This document shows positions 20,011 through 30,128 of a stretch of 64,000 bases of DNA, one piece after another. This DNA is from an uncultured Gemmatimonadales bacterium (GTDB lineage Bacteria; Gemmatimonadota; Gemmatimonadetes; Gemmatimonadales; GWC2-71-9), in assembly GCA_963842945.1 (NCBI GenBank), contig CAWJIM010000019.1, positions 685,893 to 749,892 on the forward strand, in the 5' to 3' direction. Below the pieces are notes generated by a model. That model was not told where the DNA came from, made no database searches, and saw nothing but the letters and a program-made list of their open reading frames with translations. Both the position numbers and the translations under genes were made by a program. The stretch's first letter is position 1. The number at the start of each line of letters is the position of its first letter.

Positions 20011-22951
20011 GTGGCAGCGCTGCCTGACGACCTGCAGGCGGCACTCGCCGACCGCTACAGAATTGACCGCGAGCTGGGTCGCGGTGGCATGGCCACGGTC
20101 TACCTCGTCCACGACCTGAAGCACGATCGCCGGTCGCTCTCAAGGTGATGCACCCAGAGCTTGCCCCCTCCTCGGGCCTGAACGGTTCCTGCGGGAGATC
20201 AGGTTCGTGGCGCGGCTTCAACACCCCCACATCATCACCGTGCTGGACTCCGGCGAAGCCGCCGGGCAGCTCTGGTACACGATGCCCTACATACGGGGCG
20301 AGACCTTGCGCCAGCGACTGCGCCAGGAAGTGCAGCTGCCGGTTGAAGCGGCCGTGGACATCGCTCGGCAGGTGGCGCTCGCGCTCGACTACGCGCACCG
20401 CGAGGGGGTGGTCCACCGCGATCTGAAGCCTGAGAACATCCTCCTGACAGAAGACCAGGCGCTAGTCGCGGACTTTGGAGTGGCCAAGGGGCTGGAGGCA
20501 GGCGGCCGGGCGCAGCTCACCGAGACGGGGATGGCCGTAGGTACCCCCACCTACATGTCCCCCGAGCAAGCCAGCGGCGGGGCAGTGGATGCTCGCTCAG
20601 ACGTCTACGCACTCGCCTGCGTGCTTTACGAAATGCTCGCGGGCGAACCGCCCTACACTGGCTCCACGCCCCAAGCCATCTTCGCCAAGCGAGTCTTGGA
20701 GCCGGTGCCGCACGTGCGCACGCTGCGTCAGAGCGCGCCGGAAGGGGTCGAGCAGGCGATCACGAAGGCGCTCGCGACGGTCCCGGCGGATCGGTTCCAG
20801 AGCGCCGCAGAGTTCGCCCGGTCGCTCATGGTGGCACCTCCGACGGAGGTAGTGGCCGCCACTCCCGCCGCGCCTCAGGTTACTCCAAAGAGCGAACGGC
20901 AGGGAATGCCGCGCCGGTTCCTGGCTCTCGGCCTGGCGACGATTCTCGCCCTGGGAGCCGGGGGCGCGTTGCTGTTGCGCTCTAGGGCCACCCCTGCGGC
21001 GCTTGATGCTGACCTTGTGGCTGTCGCCCCGTTCGACGTACTCTCGCCCGGCCTTGAGCTGTGGCGTGAAGGTCTGGTGGATCTCCTGGCGCGCAGCCTC
21101 GACGGTGCGGGCCCACTCCGCACCGTCTCCCCGACGGTAGTCATCCGCCGGTGGGATGGCCGGGCGGACCGATCCTCAGCTGAGGCGCTCGCACGGCGCA
21201 CGGGAGCCGGACTCGTTATTTACGGGTCGGTCGTGCCCGAGAGCCGCGATTCGGTTCGGGTAACAGCCGCCGTACTCGACGCCGGACGCGCCGAGGCCGC
21301 CGCCGAGGCCGAGGTGCGCGGCCCCGCCGACCAGCTCGCACGGCTCGGCGACTCCCTTGCCCTGCGATTGCTCGCTGAGCTTGGGCGCGCCCGACCGCTG
21401 AGCGCGGCGCGCTCGGGCGGAGTCGGCTCGCGCTCACTGCCGGCTGTCCGAGCCTTCCTGCGGGGGGAACAGTGGTTTCGGCGCACCGCGTGGGACTCGG
21501 CCCGGGCGAGCTATGAACGTGCGGTTGAGCTGGACAGCACTTTCGCGCTCGCGTATTGGCGGCTCGGTGCCGTTCGCGACTGGCAAGATGGCTTCAGTGG
21601 ACTCCCTCTCGCGGGCCTACTATCGCCTCGCTGGCGAGCGCAACCACGGGCTCCCACCCCGAGAGAGCCTGCTGATGACGTTCGACTCATTGAAGGGGAC
21701 CCTCCTCGACGAGGGCTTTCTCTCCGACTCAGCCTCGGAGCAGCAGGTGCAGCGGCTGTTCCGTATTGCCGAGGAGACGACGCGACGGTATCCGAATGAC
21801 CCAGAAGGTTGGGTGGCGCAAGGCGAGGCGGGAGTGCACTTCGGTGCGGGCCGAGGGGTAAGCGATGAGACAACCCTCAGCGCGTTTGCCCGTGCCATCG
21901 CGTTGGATTCGGCCTACGCTCTGAGTTACATCCACGCATGGCAGCTGGCAGCGTCGCTCGACGACTGGCCTACGGCCCGCCAGTACGCACTGGGCTTTCT
22001 CGCCCTACGCCCGGGGCGGAAAGAGGCGATCGCTGCGCGGACGGCCATCCACATACTCAATCGGCCCCCGGCGGGCGAGGTAGGCCGCCTGTTGGACACA
22101 ATTCCCCTGCACGTCCTTATCGCTGTCGTCAACGCGCTTCGTAGCCACCACCGACTCCGAGGAGGTCGGGGTGGCAGTCGGTCGGGCGTTCGTCGCCGCG
22201 CCGCCGACCCCAGACGGGCCAGAACTAGATAGAGAGACTCGGGAGGCTCTTTTTGCGGCCACCCTCGCCTATCGTGGGCATCTTCGGGAAGCCTCCCGGC
22301 TCCTCGCCCGCCACCCCGGGGTCATGGCGTGGGGTACGTTCACCGAGTTGGCGCTGCTAGGGCTGATACCGGCGGACACTGTGGACGCCGTGTTCGAGCG
22401 CCAACTTCGCGAGGGTCCTACTCGCCATGCGATCGGGCACCACCTCCGTCTCGGTTTCCCGCTTCCATGGTGGGCCGTTAGGCGCGACACTACCAGGCTC
22501 AAGCGCTATGCCTCGCGTCTCAGCTGGCGAGGACCGGCGGAGAACGTGCCGCTATTGGATCGCTATCTGCATGCGGCCTCGAACGCCTACCTGTCGCTTG
22601 CCCGAGGCGACTCGGCGGAGGCGGCGGCTCGCTTCCAAGCCCTCCCGGCAACGGTGGGAATGGTGTGGTACGAGCGGCTGACGCTCGCACGCTTGCTTGC
22701 GGCGCTCGGGCGAGAACGCGAGGCACTGGACGTGCTAGACCGCGAGTTCCCGTCTGGGGCTTGCCATCTCTGCACGTGGCACGTGGGCCTTGGAGCGGGC
22801 GCGCTTGGCCGAGAAACTGGGCCAGCCCGAGAAGGCCCGTCACTGGTACGGCTTTGTAGCCCGGCTGTGGCGGCACGGCGACCCTGAGCTGCGGCCTGCC
22901 GTGGACGAAGCGCGTGAGGCGCTGACGCGACTTACCGGCGAGCCGCAGTGA
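20011..22951 (+). CDS. Ser/Thr protein kinase with TM and TPR-like C-terminus (multiple frameshifts)
   Basis: [38 protein letters not shown]. Confidence 0.85.
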
Positions 22952-22998
22952 CCTGTACCTGCTTCTTCGTTGGGTTTGGCTACTGCATCGCGTGCCCG

Positions 22999-23595
22999 CT
23001 ACTCAGGCTCGTGGCCGTGATGCAAGGATCGCAGAGGGGGCTGGAGCGCCATGCGGCGGCGAAGCTCCATCAAGGCGATCATGAGATCGCCGCTCTTGGC
23101 CATCTGATCTCTTGCGATCGTCCGTTGTCGTTCGGCCAATGAGCGCGATTCGGCGGCATCCGCACGCGCTTGCCGCGCCTGCCGACGCATCGCTTGCGAG
23201 CTGAGGACCAGCGGCGCAAGCGTTCGCACCAACTCCTCTGGCTCGAACGGCTTCCGCAGGAAGGGCACCGGAAGGAGGTCGGGTGGGAGGTCGACCGCTG
23301 CCGACATGGCCACGACGGGTAATGCAGGGCGGCATTCCATGAGTACCGCGATCAATTCGGAGCCGGATACGACCGGCATCTTCAGGTCGGTCAGGACCAC
23401 GTCGAGCAGCTGAGCCTCGTCCCGCTCAATCACCCGAATGGCATCCTCGCCGTCGGCGGCCTCGATCACGGAGGTTCGCTCCAGCTGCAGCATCCTGCGG
23501 AGTGATCGGCGCAGCGATGGATCGTCGTCCACGATGAGCAAGGTCGCTCCGTCGGGGATCTGGAAGCACGTGGTCTGGGTATCCACATTGCTCAT
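22999..23595 (-). CDS. Response regulator (receiver plus coiled-coil tail)
   Basis: LLIVDDD, VLTDLKMP, FLRKPF. Confidence 0.85.
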   Translation of the reverse strand: MSNVDTQTTCFQIPDGATLLIVDDDPSLRRSLRRMLQLERTSVIEAADGEDAIRVIERDEAQLLDVVLTDLKMPVVSGSELIAVLMECRPALPVVAMSAAVDLPPDLLPVPFLRKPFEPEELVRTLAPLVLSSQAMRRQARQARADAAESRSLAERQRTIARDQMAKSGDLMIALMELRRRMALQPPLRSLHHGHEPE

Positions 23596-23976
23596 AATGC
23601 GCTTCCGTGTCCAAGCTGCCCTGACCACCAAAGTATGCACTCGGTGCCCCGGATGCACAGATGTGTTGCCGATCACAGAGGGCGGGCGGAAAGGCTCTAT
23701 CTATGGCCACATGTCGGCAACAGACTCACCTTCCGATCCGCCCGACCGGTCCCGCGTTCTCCGCTGGTACCAGCGAGGATCTCCGCCAGCACTCCCGCAC
23801 GCTCCGCCAGCACGCACGCCGGCTGATCGAGAGCAGCCGCGAGCTTCGGGACCGCCTAGGCAGCTTCCTCAAGCCACCCCCGCCCACCCAGTCAGCCTGA
23901 CCCCCACGCTTCGCCGTGCGTCAGGGGCGGCCCGGAGACAGCGCGGATCAGATGATCCGCGTTTGTCCTTTCGGGG

Positions 23977-24369
23977 TCATGCCTCCCTTCGCATTGGTCG
24001 CTCCGCCATGGCCAGCGCCACTGATTCCAGCAGCGCCCCAATGCTGAACGGTTTGCGGAGCGTGGGCACCGCCTCAGCGTGCGGTCCGATGGGCCTGGCG
24101 AGATCGTCCAGGTGGAGGATGGGAAGATGGGGGAACAAGCGCCGCAAGTGGCCGATCAACTGTTCACCACTCATGTGCGGCATGTAGCTGTTGGTGAGGA
24201 CCAGATCGAACGAGATACCCGCCGTCTTGGCCGCCGTCAGACCTGCCTCGCCATCCCCTACTGCAACGACCTCGTAGCCCGCTTCCTCTAAGGCGCGCAC
24301 GATGAGTGCGCGGACGGCGGGCTCGTCGTCCACCACAAGAATGCGGGACGGTCGGTCGGTCGGCGGCAT
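23977..24369 (-). CDS. Single-domain response regulator with atypical phospho-site
   Basis: ILVVDDE and LRKPF present; DLVLTNSYMP has N where the phosphoacceptor D is expected. Confidence 0.8.
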   Translation of the reverse strand: MPPTDRPSRILVVDDEPAVRALIVRALEEAGYEVVAVGDGEAGLTAAKTAGISFDLVLTNSYMPHMSGEQLIGHLRRLFPHLPILHLDDLARPIGPHAEAVPTLRKPFSIGALLESVALAMAERPMRREA

Positions 24370-24551
24370 GGGCCGGTCGGTGCGGTCAGGGCAAGTAATC
24401 CGATATTCTACGCCGGACACTCAGCGCCGTCCATGGCCCAAATTGCCTATACCTCCCGGGCCGACAGCCCCAGCCCTAGTGCTCTACTGCACGCCGCCGA
24501 AGGGTGCAGTAGAGCACAAGCGTGTTCAATCCCGCTCAAACCAAGGGGATC

Positions 24552-26168
24552 CTATTCTGCCGGTTTGGCAGACACTGGTAACCCCGCCTCATTCCACGCG
24601 TTCCAGCCACCGACCAGCGCCCTGGCCTTCTTCCATCCTGCCTGACGGAGCTCTCGCGCCACCCGGGCGCTTGTGGCTTCGTCCTTTCAGGTACAGTAGA
24701 GGACCAGTGTCGCGTCGGGATCGAGCCTCCGCTCCCGCGCGAGGCGCACCGCGTCGTCGGGCGGCATCCGGATCGCGTCGCGGGCGATCGCGGCGGAGTC
24801 GCGATAGCTCCGCTCGGTCCGCACGTCCAGCAGGGTCACCGGCTCCCCGCGCTCCTGCAGGTCGCGAAGCTCCTCGATGGTGATCTTCTCCGAAAGCTGC
24901 GGCGCTTCGCCCGGGGCGGGCCCGAACGAGATCTCCTCCGGCTTCTCCGGCCGGGGCGCGGGCGCCGGGGCCTGCTCCGATCGCGCGCGGCGGAGAAAAA
25001 TCGCGATGCCGGCGCCGTGCACCACCACCGATAGCAGGACCACGAGGCAGGTGATCTGGAACAGGCGCACGGATCCCTCGACCCCCGCGAACACCGGCAG
25101 CAAGGCCAGGAGCAGCGTGCTCAGGCCGCGCGGCCCGAGCCACGCGATCAGCCGCCGGCTCCGCGGCTCGACCCCGCCCAGCCGCAGCACCGGGATCAGG
25201 ACCGCCGTGCGCAGCCCCAGCGCGAGCACCGCGAAGGCCAGCGTCAATCCGTCCGCCACCTGGAAGCCGGTCCAGATCACCGAGGCACCGAACGCCACGA
25301 ACGTGAGCAGCAGGAACATCTCGGCCGAGGCTTCGCCGTAATCCAGGAAGCAATCGCACAGCTCCACGTCCATCGCGGCCACCATCAGCCCGCCGGCGAA
25401 CGCCGCGAGGAACCCGCTGCCGCCCACCGACTCCGCGGCCGCGAACGCGGTGAACGCCACACCCAGCGCGTAGAGCGACTCGTAGTCCCGGCGCACCCCG
25501 ACCTTCGATCGCACCCGGTCGAGGAGGGCGATGGCGACGTAACCCACCCCCACGCCCAGCGCCGGCCCCAGGATGAAGAGGCCCATCGCGCGGCGCGAGA
25601 CATCGGCATCGGACGCGCCTCCCGCGCCCAGGGCCAGACTGGCGAGCACCACGACGGGGAGGAGGATCACGTCGTTGCTCCCGCTCTCGAGTCGGAGGGC
25701 CAGGCGTGCGGGGGGCGGGAGCGCCGGACTCCGGACCAGGGTCCGCAGGAGGACCGGGTCGGTCGAGGCCAGCGCGGCGCCGAGAATCGCGGCGCCGGCG
25801 GGCGGCAGGCCGAGCAGGAGCCAGGCGGCGAGGGCGATGAGCGCGGCCGGCAGGATCGTGCCCGGCCCCAGGATGAGCAGCGCGAGCCGCCGCTGCTCCC
25901 GCACTTCGCCGATGTCGACGGAGATGGCGTCGCTGAACAGCACCAGCACCAGGGCCAGCGTGGCGAGGACCTCGAGCGACTCCGACTCGAGCGAGAACTC
26001 CACCACGCCCAGACCGGCGGGGCCCAGCATGGCGCCGAGGAGGAGGAAGATCGCGACCTGGGGCACGCCCGACCGCTCGACCGCGCCCGACAGCAGCGAG
26101 GCGGCGATGATGACGACGCCGATGAGCGCGAGCGCGGCGACGAAGGGATCGTGGAACATGGTCCTCAT
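24552..26168 (-). CDS. Cation:proton antiporter (CPA1) fused to a rhodanese domain; probable selenoprotein with UGA at 24687-24689
   Basis: ASTDPV, LESGSND, WLGPRG; rhodanese LLDVR...LVLYCT-(TGA)-KDEATSARVA...ALVGGWNAWNEAGLP stays in frame to TAG at 24552. Confidence 0.88.
24659..24689 (-). promoter_or_regulatory. Bacterial SECIS-like element after the in-frame UGA
   Basis: GCGCC-CGGGU-GGCGC hairpin whose loop starts 22 nt after UGA, with G at loop position 2. Confidence 0.7.
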
Positions 26169-26220
26169 TATGGCAGCGTACTGGCGGTCACCGCCAGCCG
26201 CATGGTAACCTGGATTCCTG

Positions 26221-27703
26221 ATGCCCACGAGCGAGCCGACCGCCACCGCCATCCTGCTCACCATCTGCGGAATCCTGCTGCTGGTGAGCGTGCTCTCCAG
26301 CCGCGCGTCCCAGCGGATCGGGGTCCCGATCGCGCTGTTCTTCCTCCTCGTCGGCATGCTGGCCGGGTCCGAGGGGATCGGCGGGATCCCGTTTGCCGAC
26401 TACCGGCTCGCCTTCCGCATCGGGGCGGTGGCGCTGGCGCTCATCCTCTTCGACGGCGGACTCAACACCCCGCTGGACGTGGTGCGCCGAGTCTGGGCTC
26501 CGGCGGGCGTTCTCGGCACGGTCGGGGTCCTGCTCGTCGCGGGGCTGGTCGCGATGGTGGCACGGCTGGGCGGACTGCCCTGGCCCGCCGCGCTGGTGCT
26601 CGGGGCCATCGTCTCGTCCACCGACGCGGCCGCCACGTTCGCCGTGCTTCGGGCCAGCGGGCTTCAGCTCAAGCGGCGGGTGGCCGCGACGCTGGAGGTC
26701 GAGTCCGGCGCCAACGATCCCGCCGCGGTCATCCTGACCACCACGCTCGCCTCCAACCTCCTCGGCGCCGGGGCACCTCGGCCTGGGCGAGATGCTCGTC
26801 GAGATCGTCACCCAGCTGGTGATCGGGGCCGTGGTAGGCATCGGCGCCGGCTACGCCGGCCGCGCGCTCATGGCCCGGCTCCAGCTGATGACCGGCGGCC
26901 TCTACCCGGCGCTGATGCTCGCGTTCGGCTTCCTCTCCTTCGGGGTGGCAACGCTGGTCGAGGGGAGCGGGTTCCTGGCGGTGTATGCCACGGGGATCGT
27001 GCTCGGCAACGGTCCCCTGCCCTATCGCGCCGGTCTGCTGCGCATCTTCGACGCGCTCGCCTGGCTGGCCCAGATCGGGATGTTCCTGCTCCTGGGGCTG
27101 CTGGTGTTCCCCTCGCGCCTGGGCGAGATGGCGGGACTCGGGCTCGGCATCGCACTGCTGCTGGCGATCCTGATCCGGCCGCTGGTCGTCGCGCTCTGTC
27201 TGGCACCGTTCCGCTATTCGGCACGGGAGATCGCCTTCATCGGCTGGGTGGGCCTCCGCGGCGCGGTGCCGATCGTGCTGGCCACCTACCCGGTGCTGGT
27301 CGGTGCGCCGGGCGCGGACCGGATCTTCCACCTCGTGTTCTTCATCGTGGTGGTCGGCGCCATCATCCCCGGCGGCACCGTGGCCTGGGCGACCCGGCGC
27401 CTCGCCCTCGAGTCGCCCCAGCCGCCCGCGCCGCACGCCCTCCTCGCCATCGAGTCGCGGGTGCCGCTCGAGGGCGACCTGATGTCCTTCTATATAGACG
27501 ATGCGCTGGTGGTGTGCGGGCTGAGGCTGGACGAGCTGGATTTCCCCGAGGGCGCCGCGGTCGCGCTCATGGTCCGCGGGGACCGGCTGGTGGCGCCCAG
27601 GGGCAGCACCCGACTCGAGCCGGGCGACCACGTGTATGTGGTCGCCCAGGAGGAGGACCGGCCGTTCATCCAGCTGATGTTCGGAAGGCCGGAGGAGGAT
27701 TGA
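26221..27703 (+). CDS. Potassium/proton antiporter NhaP2/CvrA-like with TrkA-C domain (frameshift near 26775)
   Basis: GSEGIGGI, LFDGGL, SSTDAAA, ESGANDP, WVGLRGAVPIVLA. Confidence 0.9.
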
Positions 27704-27709
27704 TCGGGT

Positions 27710-30128
27710 TCAGTCGGACCTGAGTGCCACGACCGCGTCCTGCCGGCTCGCGCGCCACGCCGGGAGCAGCGCTGCGAGCAGCGCCACCATCGCGAGCACG
27801 CCCGCGACCGCGGCATAGGTCGGCAGGTCGTGCGGCCCCACCTCGAAGAGCAGCCCCCGCACCAGCCGAGCCAGCGCGGCCGCGAGCCCGGCGCCGACGA
27901 CGAGCCCAACCAGCGCGAGTCCCGCGCCCTCCCGCAGCACCTCCATCCGGATCCGCCCCGCGCTCGCGCCGAGCGCCATGCGGATACCGATCTCGCGGGT
28001 GCGCTCCCGGGTCGTGAACCAGAGCACCCCGGCGAGCCCGACCGCGGCCAGCAGGAGCGCGGAGATCCCGAAGGTGCCCAGGAGCATGGTGGTGAAGCGC
28101 GGCCGAGCGAGCGCGGCCGACACCATCGCGCCCACGGTGGCGACGTCGAGCAGCCGCACGCTCGGCTCCAGCGCCGAGGCCTCTCGGCGGAGGGCCGGCA
28201 GCAGCGAGGCCGGATCGGCAGTGGTGCGGATGACGAGATGGTTGAGCGGCCAGGGGCTCTGCTCGTAGGGGACGTACACGTCGAGGCTCACGCTCTCGAG
28301 CCCGCGGTAACGGCCGTCCTCCACCACCCCGACCACTTCCAGCCAGGGCGCGGGTCCGTCGGGCCCGCCCCACTTGATCCGCCTGCCGACGGGATCGTCG
28401 CCACCCCAGAAGCGCCGCGCGACCGACTCCCCCAGGATCACCACCCGCGGCGCCTCGGCGCGGTCGCCCGCGGTGAACCCGCGGCCGCGCAGGACGCGCA
28501 GCCCGGTGCTCTCGAAGTAGCGCGGGGTGACCGCCTCGTAGTTGAGGAAGGGATAGCTCTTCTGCTCGTCGGCGGTGCGGCCCTCGATCGTGAACGGATA
28601 GTCGAATCCCTGCGGACCCTCGAGCGGCCGCACCAGCACGCCGGCGGCAGCCTCCACTCCCGGCAGCGCCTCCGCGCGCTCCACCAGCTGCCCGAAGAAC
28701 GCGTGCGACTTCTTCGCCTCGGCCAGGTCGGGAGTCGACGGGAACACCTGGAGCGTGAGGGTGCGATCGGGATCGGGGCCGGGATCCACCGCACGGAGTC
28801 GGAGGAACCCGTTGAGCAGGAGCCCGGCTCCGACGAGGAGCACCATCGCCACCGCGGTCTCCCCGACGACCAGCAGCCGAAGGAAGCGGCGCGCTCCCCG
28901 GCCGCTGGAGGTCTTGCCGCCGTCCCGCAGGACCGACTGCACGTCGGTCCGCGCGCCGGTCAGCGCGGGCGCGAGCCCGAAGCCGGTCGAGGCCGCGAGC
29001 GCGACCAGCAGCGCGAACGCCAGCACCGAGCCGTCCATCGTCACCGATTCGGCCCGGAACAGCTCGGCCGGCACCATGGCGCCCAATGTGTGCACCGCGC
29101 CAAGGGCCAGCAGCACGCCGAGCGCGCCGCCGACCGCGCCGAGCACGAGGCTCTCCAGCAGCAGCTGACGCACCAGCCGGCCGCGTGCAGCGCCGAGCGC
29201 GGTGCGCACCGCCAGCTCGCGACGGCGGGCCGGCGCCTGCGCCAGCAGCAGGCTCGCGACGTTGACGCAGGAGATGACCAGCACCAGCGCGGTGGCGCCG
29301 AAGAGGACGAGCAGCACCGGCCGCACCCGGCCGGTCAGCCGCTCGCCGAGCGGCTCGATCGTGGTCGCCAGGTGCAGGTCGGGCGGCAGCGCCTCGCGCG
29401 CCGCTTCGTCCGCCACGCGCGACAGCTCGCCGGCCGCGGCACTCGGCGTCACACCGGGCCGCAGCCGACCGATCACCGAGAGGAACCCGATCTCTCGTTT
29501 GTCCACCAGCGAGTCCACCGCCGGCTCAACCGCGCGCCAGAAGCCTGCGCCACGCGGGTAGTCGAACGCCGGCGGCATGACGCCGACGACGGTGTGGGCG
29601 ATCCCGTCGATCGCGCACGCTCCGGCCGAGCGCGTCATGTGTCCCGCCGAGCTCGCGCCGCCACAGCGCATCGCTCAGGACCAGCACCGGCGCGGCGCCG
29701 GGCCGGTCGTCGGCGGGCTCCAGCGCGCGGCCGATCGCGGGGCGGACGCCCAGGAGATCGAAAAAGTGGCCCGAGACCATGAATCCCGCCGCCGGCACCG
29801 GCTCGCCGCCGCCTTCCCACACGACCCGCCCGAGGGCGGTCTGATGCGCGGCGAGATCCTGGAACGAGCGCGAGCGCGCCCGCCAGTCGCGGAAGTCGGG
29901 GTAGGAGATCTCGAGGCGGGTCTCCGGCCGGGCGGCCGGATGGAGATCCACCGCGACCAGCTCGTGGGGAGCGCGGAACGGGGGCGGACGAAGGAGCACG
30001 GCCCGGACCACGCTGAAGAGCGCCGTCACCGCGCCGACGCCGAGCGCGAGGGTCAGCGTGGCGGCGATGGAGGCGGCGGCGTGGCGGCGAAGGCGGCGAA
30101 GCGCGAAGCGGAGGTCGGAGGCGGTCAT
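27710..30128 (-). CDS. ABC permease, duplicated MacB/FtsX type (ADOP-like; frameshift near 29640)
   Basis: DLRFALR, TLALGVGA, CVNVASLLL, RELAVRTALGA, REIGIRMALGA. Confidence 0.9.

Larger units (their letters stand above)
19803..24689. mobile_element. Island B (kinase and response-regulator cargo) bounded by direct repeats
   Basis: Identical core at 19759-19804 and 24646-24691; no integrase recognised. Confidence 0.65.

Noticed and set aside
12656..24689. Triple repeat as a CRISPR array or tRNA fragment
   Set aside because: Spacing is several kb, there is no cloverleaf or TTCGA arm, and the repeat is protein-coding.
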